A DNA stretch of 64,000 nucleotides from Chrysomallon squamiferum (Eukaryota; Animalia; Mollusca). The translations under genes were made by a program, and so were the position numbers. Location: positions 20,336,001 through 20,400,000 of the forward strand of contig CM022665.1 of the NCBI GenBank assembly GCA_012295275.1, read 5' to 3'. Of this stretch, positions 45,250 to 62,930 are shown piece by piece; within the stretch, counting starts at the first letter, position 1, and every line of letters begins with the position of its first letter. Under the pieces are notes generated by a model. That model was not told the DNA's origin. It ran no database searches and was given only the letters and a program-made list of their open reading frames with translations.

Positions 45250-48167
45250 AATATAATATAATTAAATTATTTCTGGAGGGAGAGATAGATGAAAAGATAT
45301 AAATAAATATATGTATGTATAAGTTGATTCTGCATGATTTAAGCGTACTTTTCGAAGATCACAATGAAAACAGTACACAATTATCAGCATTTCGAAACAC
45401 TTTGTCTAGAATAGTTTCCTTCAAAACAGGTCAAAATGTTGTTTATAATGCTGATAACACTAGCATGTACTTTATGCAGTGTATCTGGTATCCTTCTTCC
45501 TACACTTTGCAGGAGCACGAAACAAAAATCTTTAAACATTCGGTTTGAAATCTGTAAGAAATTGAACAATTTTAACTGTTTAAAATTATTACAAAGCATT
45601 TACTTGAAGGTAAAATGTAATTAGATAATAGTAATAAAACACTTAAATCGTTATTCCGTGTTGGTGGAGAAAAGTATCCCAAATCTGAAGCTCTACGAGT
45701 CGTTTCGTTTGATCTGCTCTTTTGGAATGTAGACAGTTTTGTTGTTGTTGTTGTTGTTTTCTCATTTCTTTTAAATACCTTTAAGGTTGTGCATGCGCAA
45801 ACGTCGGATGAGCTCAAACGAATGTGGCATAAAATGTAATGTTTTGCAAGTGTTTCAAAACAACTGATATACAACCAGTGCCACGCCAAATCCAGGTACG
45901 TTACGTTTTGTTTCAAATGTAACAATACAAAATATATTTAACTTCTTTATTATAGTATTCTTAATGGCGGAATAATAAATAAATGTGAAATTCTTTCACA
46001 TTTGTTTCAGATTTAATTAGATTGACTAGTTAATAAATTTAATTTCAGCTTATGTTCTAATAAGTAATATTATGTGCATTATATAAAAGTAAAAATAAAT
46101 AAAAAAATAAATAAAAAAATAAAATAAAATTAAAAACAAAAATGAAAAAACAATAATAAAATTTAACAAAAAATGAAAATAACAAGATAAAATAAAATAA
46201 AATTATATATATATATTCAAGCGAAATATTTTATGTCATCGGAACGGAATTGGTATCGTAAGCTGTGACGGAATTACATGTCTTTGTAATAACGTTTATG
46301 TATTAAATTTTATTAATGTTTAGTGAAAGTGTCATGTTTAAATGTCTGTTACAACAAAGTGCCTTTAGGTTGTACTTCAGCATGTCAGTGTAACTTACAA
46401 ATCAGATCAATACAAACTTCCACAAGCAACTACTGACACAGTCCTCTCTTTCTACGAAAATGACACAGCCCGGAATAAAATACACTCCAGAAGTGTAGGG
46501 AATCCCACTAGTAAGAAACAAAGAAGGCAGTCAGTAATGACAATATCATTGCTTTCAGTCTGATCACGCGGATAAAACACTGGAAATTCAAAGTTTGCTT
46601 CATTGCGTCCGAAAAGGCTGTTTCTGTCTTCTGGTGTGCTCCAAACTGCCAAGCGGATTTAAATATCATGAGAACGTCTTTCTCATACTTGAAGCCATCG
46701 ACAGAAAATACGCGGTTGTTTTAGCAAGGTACTCAACAAAGGATTTTACTGCCAAATGCAAGTCCAGTCCGAGAAAATGAAGATTGCACTTCCAGTAATT
46801 ACGTTCGGTGTTTAAAAACATTACTGATACTATTGAAAAATACTTCACCTTTAGATGTTATCAGTGAAAGAAGGAAAAACGATTAAGAAGATAACCCAGT
46901 TGGGTTCTTCAAACTAGTATTTAGTGAATTTACGAAATAACTGTCAAAATTCCTCTGGCAAAGAGAAACAAGCATCCTCCTATAAAAGCCAAAGCAATTT
47001 TGGAGTAGGCAGCAACAATAACAATTTAAAAAAAAAAAAAAAAAAAAAAATTTAAAAAAGAAAACACAATAACAGTAGAGCTTGAGGATAGTTTCCGGAT
47101 TCTTAGATGTCTGAACGTGTTAAGATTACGTAACTGGACGTCACATCGCTGTAGCAGAAAGCTCGAGAGATGTTGATTATGACGAAGACGTCTCAGTGGA
47201 CAATGTCATTAGTCGCGTTTCTACAAGTGACGTCAAAGCTGCAACAGTTGTTGAAAATAGGCGTCATAGATACGGTCCCCAGTGTTGATGGTGTAGCTGT
47301 GCTCAAAGCGATGTATCTGATTAAATAAAGACTGGATGTGTGCAGGAACTGCTGAATACAATGTTGAGGAGAAGACTGTGATCAGTTTATCTGTGCAGAC
47401 TTTTATAAATTGTCTTTTTTCAGTAGTTAACGTTACTTAAATTATTGTTTTTAAACAAAAGTTACAATCAAGATAGAGGGCTAGCTTGTTTCTAATTTTT
47501 GTTTATCAACTGGAATAAATAAACATGGAAATATTTATGCAAGCATTCGATTATATTGCATGTTTGTGCTTTCAGTTAAAAAAAAAATTAAAAAGCTAAG
47601 ATCAAATAAATAAGTAAATTTACAATTTTTCGAATCATGACTAAGGTTTTAATTGGTTTTCAAGTGCTCTGACGAAATTACTTTACAAAGGAAGTATGTT
47701 TGAAATTATTTGCTTCCCTTTTGAAATATTTTGCTGAGAATTTGCAGAATTAAGCTGCCGTAATATGTATATGTGCAAAAAACTAGTCTCGATATGTTTA
47801 CAATGTGTGGATGAGCAGAAAACCGACATCATCCTTTCGAGTGATAAATCATGTTGTTCAGTCACACCTCATAGCAGCAGTGCCCTCAGTGACATAAATA
47901 AAACAGAACATAAACAAACAACAAAAACAAAAATATGAGCAATATATATATATGTAAGGAAGAACACAACATATTTGTTTCAAGTTGTAGATGAAATCAT
48001 CAGTCGTGAACAAAAGTGTTAGGAATCATATGTAATTCCGTCACAGTGGAATTCCTGAAATACGAATAGATGTCTGTTTACTAGTTTTTCTTTATTTCAG
48101 GTGTGATATCGAGCAGATATTTAAAAATTAGAAAACTGACTGATAAACGTTTATATCATTTCTTGAA

Positions 48168-48192
48168 ATGGATAAAGTTACTGCGAAAGTAA

Positions 48193-48291
<99 letters not shown>

Positions 48292-50797
48292 ATATTTCGT
48301 ATCTCCAATCTTTTTTCAGATTGTGAACGTTTTCGTCACGTGGACTTTGACCTCATATCTCTGTCATCAGTATGCGAGATTGTTTCTCCACTCTGACGTG
48401 ATCAGGGTACAAGGTCAAGGACTTTATTTGTCCATCATTCTAACAATGTTTCAAACTGTGACTTGTTATTTACTTGTGGATTTTCAACGAAATGACAACG
48501 TGCTCTACATCATGATTCTGTCACACATCGCAGGCACTTTCGCTACAAACTGCAGCATGGCTTTTATGCATGCATCGTCTACGTTTGCAATCAAATTGAT
48601 AGAACCCATCATCACAGCTCTACTACAACGTATTTTTCTAGCGACATCAACATCTACATCAACACTAGCAAGTCTGCCATTGATTGTATCCGGTGTCGTT
48701 ATTTTCACAGGTAACCCGTTTGTGACGTCGTCGATGTCTATAGGTGCAGTGATGGCATTCACTTCTAACATCATGATAGCCACAAGAAACGTTGCTATGA
48801 AAAGAGGACATCGACAGTCTAAGGAACTACGACTACGTCCTGTACTGTACATCTGTTGTGTTGTAGCTGGTTTGGCTACATCAGTCCTTGTATCGTTTAT
48901 CTCCGAAGTGAAAGGATTTCTTCCTACCACAACCACCTTCACTCTAATCACAATGTTGACATCCAGCATTCTTCATGTGGTCTACTGTTATCTCTCTGCC
49001 AGTGTCGTTCTGCGGTACATGTCTGTGTTGACTCACGCCGTCAGCAACAGCTTGAAACGTGTCACTGTGATTTTTATGCTGTACATGTCTGGACAAAGAC
49101 ATGCGACTGTGTGGAACTTCAGTGGTTTGAGTATCTGCACGCTGGGACTTGTTATCTTCATAAGAGAAACTCTTGGACGTGATGCGAAAAACGTGGAATC
49201 TATAGTTTCAGGTAAAATATTTCCATCTCTCATGACAGTTCAGAATGATATTAGGTACATAATTAACGCACGCACACACACACACACGCACACAGAGTAA
49301 GAAAAACATTAATAATGATACATAAACTAACAGAGAAACATACCAACACATACCTTCAGAGGGTCACACTGAAAGAGAGAGGAACGTAAATACTGGGAAT
49401 TGGCATTTACGTGGAGAAGCACACATATACTGACACACTTCTTTATCTGTATTCTGTTTACAGGTTCAGTTAAAACCAAGAATTGTCTACGCCGAAGCCA
49501 GCTGTTCGTGTTTTCAGTATTACTGTTGACTGGAATTGCTGGGATATTCAAAGGACACTCTGTTTGTACAATTTCATCAGAGCGGTTCTTGGACAGGTCA
49601 TTTGATGTTAAATCATTTCAAATGCTGAAGAAAGAAAAGCTCTATCCAGATCTGAATGCAAACTATTTGGTTGATCATAACAAGGACATCAAGAGATTTC
49701 TTAGCTGGAATCTTAGTGATCATGTATACAATACAAATTTCTTATCTCGGCATTTGGCTAAGTCTGAAGAAGTTATACGTGAAACTCAAAGAATCCAGTT
49801 TGAGTTATTTCAGGATCTACTAGGTAAATTTAAATACGCATTTCTCTTTGATGTTGAAGCGTTTGAGAACAAAGGTGATTCTGCTATAGCAGTAGGTGAA
49901 GTGTATTTACTACGACGTCTGGGAATTAAACTTCTATTTTATTGTTACTGCAATCACTGTGTTAATCGAAAATTACTAGAATATGCTATAAACATAAGTA
50001 TGAATTATTCCAAGAATGAACTTGTCATTTTGTTCCAGGGAGGAGGGAATCTTGTGGGATACCGATTTAATGATCATCTAAGAGGAATTGTTATGTCAAG
50101 ATTTTCTGGTTTCAAATTTGTCGTTTTTAGTCAGAGTATTTACATACGTCGCAACCGTTACAGCGGGAAACATTTTATTTACTGTAAGAAAAAGTATTGT
50201 TGTAATCCTAACCTGACTATCGTTCTGAGAGACAGACAGTCGTTGAACATCGCTCTAAAATACTGGAACAAGAACCAAACTAAATTTATATTAGCCCCGG
50301 ACATGGCTTTTCAGATTGGTGAAGTTCGTCGATTCATGTCACCTGTTTACGACATTTTATGGCTAAAAAGGTCTGATAAAGAGAGTATTGGTTATTCAGT
50401 TGATGAAAACAAGATACCAAACAACGTATCTATTCACGTAGCCGACTGGTTGAATTGGAAGACGCCTAGGGGTTCAACAACGATGGAAAATGCTTTTCTG
50501 ATGGCGAACAACGGGTTTGTGTTTCTGCAGCGAGGACGCGTGGTCATCACTGATCGTCTTCACGGACATATCTTAAGCACTCTGCTCAACATACCACACG
50601 TGTTGATTGACAACAAGAACAAGAAAATTTCTTCTTTTCACAACACATGGACACGAAGTGTTCGCAATGTCTTACTAACCAACGACAGCTCCAAGGCGTT
50701 GTCTCTGGCCTTGACATTGCTCAACACTTACAAAGACGAGCTTCCACCAATAGGTCCAGTAATGGACGTAACTGAATTCAAAGTACGTAAAGGATAA
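48168..50797 (+). CDS. copy E (intact, 748 aa): TPT-type transporter fused to a polysaccharide pyruvyltransferase; exons 48168-48188, 48320-49211, 49464-50797
   Basis: MDKVTAK|GTAAGT; TTTCAG|IVNVFVTW... 892 nt; TCAG|GTAAAA; TTACAG|(G)SVKTKNCLRRSQLFVFSVLLLTGIAGIF... in frame with ORF 49400..50797; total 2247 nt. An acceptor at 48100 implies a further upstream non-coding exon. Confidence 0.9.
48320..49211 (+). CDS. copy E exon 2: TPT/SLC35E-type transporter domain
   Basis: IKLIEP, RNVAMK and THAVSNSLKR motifs; hydrophobic periodicity. Confidence 0.88.
49464..50797 (+). CDS. copy E exon 3: TM anchor plus pyruvyltransferase domain
   Basis: ENKGD, GGGN, LRDRQS, PDMAF and VITDRLHGHIL motifs all intact. 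Confidence 0.93.
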
Positions 50798-50869
50798 AAT
50801 GTTATTAAATGGTATTTACGATTATAATTTTTTTTTTTTTTTTTTTTAATGTGTTTGTGGGTGTGTTTT

Positions 50870-51480
50870 CAAGTTTGACTACACACTATTTTACATCTGG
50901 TCAGTTTAACTATTCGCTATTTTACACGCTTTAATTTGTTTGACTTGACGCTATTTTACATGTAATTACTTTGACTACACGCTATTTTGCATGATATTTC
51001 TTTGACTAAAAGCTATTTTACATGTAATTAGTTTGTCTACGCGCGAGTTTACATGTTGTAATTAGTTTGTCTACGCGCGATTTTACATATAGTTACTTTG
51101 ATTACACGCTATTTTGCATGATATTTCTTTGACTAAAAGCTATTTTACATGTAATTAGTTTGTCTACACGCAATTTTACATGTTTTGTTTAATTTGACTA
51201 TAAGCTATGTTACATGTTATTAATTTGACTATAAGCTATGTTACATGTTATTAATTTGACTTCAAATTATTTCACATGTTGTTGGTTTGACTACACGCTG
51301 TTTTAGATGTTTTGTTTGGTTTGACTATAAGCTGTTTTATATGTTTTGATTAGTTTGACTTTACGCTATTTGACATGTTTTAATTAGTTTGAGTATATAT
51401 GCATTTTACGTTTTGATCAGCTTGCCTACGCATTAATTTATATGCTGTTAATTTGACTACACGCTATTGTACATGGCGTT
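50870..51480. repeat. degenerate ~33-37 bp minisatellite immediately 3' of copy E
   Basis: Recurring tttgactacacgctattttacatg core. Confidence 0.85.
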
Positions 51481-52133
51481 GAGCTTAATTTAGTTTGATA
51501 GACAGTGTCTGAAATGAAAGCTTTTATCTAGAGTGTCTGCCAGTTTGACGGCTTCAAATTAGAATACCTGAAATTAATTGTAATACTTAATGGTTATTAT
51601 GTATCATGTTCCACGTCGTTGTTTTGTGTGGATATGATGGCTCCTTCAAATTACTATACCTTTGTCCAGCGATGATAAAAGCAACAAATTAATTGTAGTA
51701 CTTAATGTTAACGAGTATTAATGTTTCTCTTTGATTTGCATGGATAACTTTTCAAACATTAACATGACTTTACTGTTAGAATAAATTATATATGCAGAAG
51801 TGTTGTTTCATATGCTTCATTGTTTTCATTAAAAGAAATGTACTAAATTTGAATATTTTAATGAATAATGTAAAAAACCTTGACGATAATAATAATAATA
51901 ATAATAATTATTATTATTATTATTACTAACCTGTACAGACATTTCTTGTTCATAAAGTAAAGAGAAATATGTTTTATTAAAGACGTTTGTTCTTAAAATT
52001 GTTGTGCTTTAGCATTGGTGTTTAGCTAGCTACGTTTTTTTTTGTTTTTGTCAATTTGTCTCTCTCTCTCTCTCTCTCTCTGTCTACTTACTACGTTATC
52101 TAAAATAAATAAATAAATAACAACAACAACAAC

Positions 52134-52166
<33 letters not shown>

Positions 52167-52468
52167 TTATAATGATAATAACGATAAGAATAATAATAGC
52201 AAAAAACAGAGTCTGATTAACGCTAATGACAAGTTAGAATAACACAAAAAATAACTGATATGTGTGATTTTTAGTGGCTATACAAAACAATAATTAAATA
52301 AAATAACTCGGTATATACTGTATATGTTTGCAAATATTTTATCAGACTGGACCTAATTAAATTACACGTGTACATTTTTATTGCTGATTTGACTTCGTTA
52401 GTCAGGTACAATCGAGTATTTTCCAGATCACTATAGAATATTTTGTGAATTTTATTTATTTATTTATT

Positions 52469-52545
<77 letters not shown>

Positions 52546-52793
52546 TGTTATTGTCTTATTCTTTTTTCTTTCTTTTTTTACTTTTATTAATTTCTTTTTT
52601 TATACATTCAAAGAAGATTATTTCAAGTCATAGAGGATAACAATGATAATGTAACCATGTCCATACTATGCGGTTTTCTGATTTATCGGTAGTTTTCTGC
52701 ATGCTCTTTGTTTATTGAAAGCTACTAAGAAACATAATTTATAGCTTCCAGCTTCAATGTATTTTTATTTAAGATAAATAATACGAAAATACT

Positions 52794-52834
<41 letters not shown>

Positions 52835-55549
52835 TAATAATAATAATAATAATAAAATTAAAATACAATAAAATAAGAAAACAATTACATACACACACAT
52901 AGACATACTGGTGGGAGGATTTTGTAGGGTTTTATGGGGTGTGTTTCATTTTTTTCTTTCATTTTTTTTTTTCTTATTCAGTGTATTAAGTGACTGTTCT
53001 GTTCTGAACGTGATTTGAAAGTTATTATTCGTACACATACAGGTACACACACTAAGACGCACACACAGACACATATATCCATTCTCAAACACACATGAAT
53101 AGACGTGAAATAAAAATACTTACACTGTACATTGTTCATTATAAGTTAACTAGACTTAAAGTGGACCCTAGAGCAGAAACACACCCATTGCTTCAATTCG
53201 CCAGCCAGTTAGTCGAGAAGAATTTGAAATATTTAAAATGTACAGTATCAGCTCATCTGGTTTCATTTAATGAACTAAAATCAAGCAGTAATAGGTTTGG
53301 CAGAAGCAGAGTTTCACTATCTGAAGTAAATGTATTAAGACAAAGCTAATACTTCATTCCGTTGGTATGGAAGTTTAACTTATGACTACACGCTATAAAT
53401 AAGTAATAAACTGAATCAGTCAGTTTACCTTTTATCATTATGACCTTTTTACCTGCATCTCTTTTGTTCTGTTTGTAATGGAACCTCTTGTAGAATAATG
53501 GCGACAGTTTTAATAGCTGAGAAATATTTAGTTAAAAGATTACATGATTTTAATTCATCTGTTTTGTCTCATTCTCTCTCGCTACATATACATGTATTTC
53601 TCTTTTTACCTCTCTCTCTCCCTCTGTAATCGTATGTTTAATATTATAAAATATTATTTATTAAGTTAGTTATTGTATGTATGTATGTGGTTTCTATATA
53701 TGTATATGTATGTGTGTGTGTGTGCGTGCGTGCGTGCGTGTGCGTGCGTGCGTGCGTGTGTGTCTGTGTGTTATCAGAACAGACTGGTTATTTAGAAAAG
53801 TCATGATGTACAACTGCTGCATGCTAGTTCGGGTTCATTACGCTGCATTGTTCATGTGTCAGAACACAAATTATTGATAAGTGGACGCTATTGTCCGCCG
53901 TACTCTGTAGCCACCGCTTGATACAACAAAGCGCCAGCCTTGATTTCAATATGCCTTTTTATATCCCCGTTCTGAGATCACTCAACCTTGAAATAACCCA
54001 AACGTGACGCAGAATAAAGACAAAATGTTATAAAAAAATTAATCATTTATTAGTTGGATATTGCAGGTTCAAACTCTGTTCTCGATAAAACACATGCATA
54101 GTTATCAAAGAATTTTTTTAAAAGTATTATCACTTGGCAAATTATATTAACTGTTTGTTTGTTTCTTTCTTTCTTTTTTATTTTTTATTTATTTATTTAT
54201 TTATTTACTTATTTGTCTGTCTGTTTGTTTATTTGCTTTTCTGTTTATTATTTTTTTATTATTATTATTTGTCAGTCTGTTTGTTTGTTTGTATTTAGTA
54301 TTACTTGTTGTTATAAAAACATTAACTTGTGCTAAGTAATTGGATTCTAAGTGATGATGAACTGTAGTCAATATTTTTCGGCGAGCTTGATTGAGAATGT
54401 ATTATTTTATCGATCACTGGTCACTCCGGTCAGCCGTGGCAATGATTTGAAATTGCTGTGTGATGGTCAGTACTGTTCAGAATATTTCTAATGGACATTT
54501 TGATAGAAAACTGTGTAAAGGGCGGCGTGGTTGTGAAAGCAAGGATGAGATCGCTCTTCAGAAAGCCACATTAAATAGTATGTACGTCTCATAGGAGGTA
54601 AATGAATAAATAAAATATTATTTACAGTTGCTGATCAGAACTGTACCAATTATATTATGATTAATACTTTTATTTATGAACACCTTCTGATCATGGTAGT
54701 ATTTATCAAATTACGATTAATCATTTTATTTATTTTCACCTCTTTTTTTAAAAATTATAATTGTAATAATAATATTCGGATTAATAATTGTAATTATTTT
54801 CAGTTCTTGACCCGAAATTATATCAATCATACTTGTTAGAATTAATAATCAGTCATATCATTTTATTAATTAATTAATTAATTACTATTAATATTATTAT
54901 TGCTGTTGCTGCTGTTGTTGTTGTTGTTATTGTTGTTGTTGTTGTTTTTTTTTTGTGTTTTTTTTTTTAGGTTTGTTCTGTGGGGTTAGATAGATATAAC
55001 AATTACCTACCTGATATGCCTCAAATACCAGTTCCCAAATATAATAACAAAATTTATTATTATTAGTAATAGTGGTAGCAGCTTCAGTAGTAGTACTAAC
55101 AGTATTAATAGTAAATTAGTAATAGTAGTAGTAGAGGCAGTAGTAGTAGTAACAGTAGTTGTACTAACAGTAGTAATAGTAGTAAGAGTAGTAGTAGTAG
55201 TGACTGTATTAGTAATAACAATATTAATAGTATATGTAGTAGTAGTTACTGTATTAATATTGCCATTTTAGTTTCTTCCATCAATAAGTACGAAAGTTGC
55301 AAACAGTTGTACAGCAGTGCAATGTTATTTAAAAACTCAAATAAAATTAAATAAAATGAAATGAAATTAAATAAAATTTTAAAAATCACTGAAAGTGGTG
55401 AAGAGATCTGGTATAGTAAGCCAGCAAATAAACACGTTTACTAGACAGGCAATCTGAAACAGCCCGGGGCGTGAGATCACATAGGCGTGGTACTGTTTTA
55501 TTTACACTGCGTGAAATGTGTTCTCTTCAACACTGATTATTAGAGGTGT

Positions 55550-56125
55550 CCATAGTAATAATAGTAATAATAGTAATGATAATAGTAATAATAGTAATAA
55601 TAATAATAGTAATAATAGTAATAGTAATAACAGCAATAATAATAGTAATAGTAATAACAGCAATAATAATAGTAATAATAATAATAGTAGTAATAATAAT
55701 AGTAATAAAAATAATAATAGTAATAGTAGTAATAATAATAGTAATATAATAATAAGAAGAAAACCACTACTACAACAACGACTACTTCAGCTACAACTAC
55801 AATGATTACCTCTACTGCTATTATTACTACTACTATTATTACTGCTACTGCAACGACTACCTCTAATATTACCACTACTGGTACAACGACTACCTCTACA
55901 ACTGCTCTCACTAAAACTACTACTAGCTCTGCTAGAGGTAATAATACTGCTATTACTTCTATCCCTACGTCTACAACTACTAGCACTTCCACTACTACTA
56001 TATATAGCTATAGATATAGCTATAGCTATAGCTATAGATATAGATATAGATATAGATATAGATATAGATATAGATATAAATGTAGATATAGATATAAATA
56101 TAGATATAGATATATTGATATATAA
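55550..56125. repeat. compound microsatellite (AAT/AGT, ACT, ATAGAT)
   Basis: Direct inspection. Confidence 0.9.
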
Positions 56126-57872
56126 ACATACACACAGACGCACACAAACAAACACACACACATTTTTTATAATCCCAGAGTGACCGGAGCTGATTCTAGA
56201 CGTCACAGGAATGTGAGTTACCTAATGCGAGTAAATTACCTGATGCTTCTGCTATTGTTCTCTTCGGCAGCTAAGCTTACTGACAAATGATTTTAAAATT
56301 AATAAGTTGCTTTGTGCCGTAACGGTGCGTCCAGACGGAAACAGGACTTGAGCGTAGAAAGGGTGAATAATGGAAAACTGTGTATTGTTCTTAACAAAAT
56401 AAAGGACTGGCGAAGGTTATAAAACCTATTACAATAGAAGATTATGTTCGTTCGGCGCTTAACGCTAATTACTCCAGGCGTCGATGACATCTGGATTAAA
56501 CCCTATTTAGACTGGGGCTTTTCTTGTTTGATTTTTAAAACATTAAACTGCAGAAGAAAAAAAAACAACAACAAGGAAACAAGAAACTGCTGGTTGCTAT
56601 GTCCGAGATGTCCAGAAAGGTTGGACGATTTTCCAACCCTTTTGTTCCAGTCAACACGTGATGTTGTAATAATCCAGTGTTTTCCACACTACACTTCATG
56701 GAACGTACACCGCTTTACATTAGTAATTTGGGAATTTCACACTGTTACAAACTGTAAGTATTCACCCAGTATTTTTTAAACTTCACTTAAAGGTTTATCT
56801 GCTTATCAAAACGTGATACATTTTTTTTTTAAATATTACATTCTGTAAGTAAAATGTTTTATTCATGTTGTTTTGAGAAAACTTCATTGAACAACACCAG
56901 TAGTGAGTGAATCTAGGAAAAAAAACCCGATAAACTCAACTGCATCACTGCGGTTTTCTTGATAACAGTGTACGTTAAAAACCTGCTTACTTTTGAAATG
57001 TTTATTTATTTATTTATTTATTTTTAATTATATCAGTATGATTAATTAATAATAAAAAGAATAATAATAATTAAAAAAAAACTACTCTTCAAAAGAACTC
57101 GCTAAATGCTAATCATTATTTGAAATATACTTTTTGAAACTAGTTTTCCATTAATATTATTTTTGCATCTTGTATCAGCTTAAAACAGTTCTTATCAGAT
57201 TCCGAATGTTTGAATATTAAGGTTTCTGAAAAGTATTCAAGAACTTTTCGAAAAGGAAGTAATACTACTACTGAAAAGTATACTGTTACCGCTATTATTA
57301 CAACTACTATTTCTAATACTTTTACGATATCACTACTGCTACATCTAGCATAATTACTAGAACTTACCTACTGCTACTACTATTACTACTTTTACCACTA
57401 CTACAACTATGACTTCTGCTACTATACTGTTGCTACCGCTACTTCTGATTCTGCTGTTATTAAAGTGGTCCATATAAGCTCGTGAACGTTAAAATGAATA
57501 ATAATACTACTAATAACAACAACAACAATAATAATAAAATTAAGAAATAAATAAAAATAAAATTAAGAAATAAATAAAAATAAAATTAAGAAATAAATAA
57601 AAATTAAATTAAGAAATAAATAAAAATAAAATAAAATAAAATAAAATAAAACAAAATAAAATACTAATAAATTAGAACTGTGCATGATACAAGTATGTTA
57701 TTGTGCTATCTATTTCACCAGAAGATTGTGACGTGTAGGTTATCCATGTTTAGAACGTCTTTAAGAGAAACGGTTTATGTTGCAGACGATTTTGGTCCGA
57801 TGTATTTTAAACAGTAAAAACAACATTATTAGTACCAATATATTTACGGTTATTTTTGCTGTTATTTTTGTC

Positions 57873-57912
<40 letters not shown>

Positions 57913-58397
57913 GTTGTTGTTGTTGTCGTTCTTCTTCTTATTATTATTGTTACTTTTTTCCTTTTTTTTGTTTTTGTTCTTCTTCTTCTTATTGTTATAG
58001 TGGTTGTTGTTGTTGTTGAAGATGTTTCGTGCATTGTCCACTTCCAAACATTGTAAGGTTAGAAGGGCCATTAAACTCACAATACATTTACAATTAACAG
58101 ATTAAACTTAAATAATATTTAAGATTAAATAAAACTTTAATTATTTCATATTAAAGCCTGAACTACTCAAACGCTGAATGAAGATACAAAACAAACAGAA
58201 CTCCTTCATTTCTACGGATATCCATTTATTTTGTGGAACACTGCATGCACAGAATAACAAATTAGAATGAACAAAGCATTAAAATTTGAAAAGTTATGGG
58301 TGTCAAGTCAAACGCCCACCGCTTGCTCAAGAGAAGTTCGACGCCAAATAGTCACCCAAGAAAGGCCAAGCCCACAACACACTAAACAGTCAAACGC

Positions 58398-58411
58398 CCA
58401 CTAGGGGGCAC
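58398..58411 (+). promoter_or_regulatory. CTCF-like core motif CCACTAGGGGGCAC
   Basis: Matches the CCACYAGRKGGCRC consensus; about 400 bp upstream of the copy F first coding exon. Confidence 0.35.
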
Positions 58412-58864
58412 CAGCCGTCCACCTCATCCACCACTGGTTTAAACCATCGTAACAACATAGTACATTAATGATACTTCTGTGAGAACGATATGAGACTGTT
58501 GCAGTATCGAAACGCTTGTAACAGCTTTAGGAGAAAAAAAAAAAAAATAATACAAATATAAAAAAAACCCTCCTAGAAACATCACGGATATATCAGTTGT
58601 AAGAAAGAACATCCCCTATTCAAACTAGTTAACTTCCATTTCTGTTAGTCTCCCTCTGAGTTAACCTTATTTGACATACTGAATGAATTATACGTTCAAA
58701 ATGATTTGATGTATTTTCAAAAAATAAACTTTACACCACAATTATAATTTAAGAATGAAAAGAAGGAAAACAGTGTATTTACAACATTTATTTTATTTTT
58801 CAGGAGCTGTCAGCATTTTCTGTGAAAAATTGACTGCGAGCAGTTTAAAACATTATTCCTTGAA

Positions 58865-61900
<3,036 letters not shown>

Positions 61901-62564
61901 AAATACGAATCTGTTTTCCTCTACATTTGCACAGATGACATAACTTTTTTTGGTTCCATTGTTGAACTTGATTTGCCAAGTTTTGAAGATTTGTATTTTA
62001 CAACGAATACTTTGCAATGTTTATCTGAAATAAATTGGATATGATTTGTCAAAACGTAATCTTCTTAGGTGGTATAATGGTATATTGAAAAGTAAAATCG
62101 AGTATCGGTTGGTACCGGCCTGTATTACTCAATCAGCTAATCGATAAAGTTATGAGTTCATGAAAGTATATTGCAAGCAGATAAGTGTTTACCCTAGCAT
62201 GCAGATTAAATATTCTACGTACACTTATTGAAAAGTGTCACACTTAACTTTGCAGTGCATTACGGGAAGAAATAAAACGTTGATGCGCAATGTACGAATC
62301 TGAGACTTGTGTGAATTGATTTGTTTGACGTTGTACAATGATATTTATTAACTATTTTTTTAAAGAAAACATAATAAATATATCAGTGTAGAGTAGATAC
62401 ATCTACTGAAAGTAAACGTACAAGATTTTAACATTGCTGCACGTTATTATAAGCTATTTACTTTCTTGACAAAATGTCAGTGGTAAATGAGTTACGTCTG
62501 ACGTTAGTGTTACGAAACCTGATCCTTTGAGTTGTTGTCCTCTAATTATGTCTCGTATACTGAA

Positions 62565-62930
62565 ACAGTTATATATCACGACTGGTATATTAAATTGGTT
62601 TATCTCACAACTGATATAATTATTAAAATAGTTAACCTTACGACTCGTATTTCAAAACTGTTTATCTCACTACTCCTATGTTAAAATATTTTAGGTTACT
62701 ACTCATATATTAAAATGGTTTATCTCATGAGCCATATGTTAAAATGGTTGCTCTCACAATTCGTATTTTAAAATTGTTTATATTAGGATTCGTGTATTTA
62801 AATGGTCTGTCTCACGACTCGAATATTAAAATATCTGTATCTCATTAATCTTATATTAAGATTGTTTATCTCACGACTCGTATATTAAAATGGTTCAGCT
62901 GATGAATCGTATATTTTAAACTGGTTTGAA
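62565..62930. repeat. degenerate ~30-bp minisatellite
   Basis: Recurring taaaatggtttatctcacgactcgtatat. Confidence 0.85.

Noticed and set aside
55518-56206. Thr-, Asn-, Tyr- or Val-rich ORFs resembling mucins or shell proteins
   Set aside because: Translations of compound microsatellites without splice or start context.
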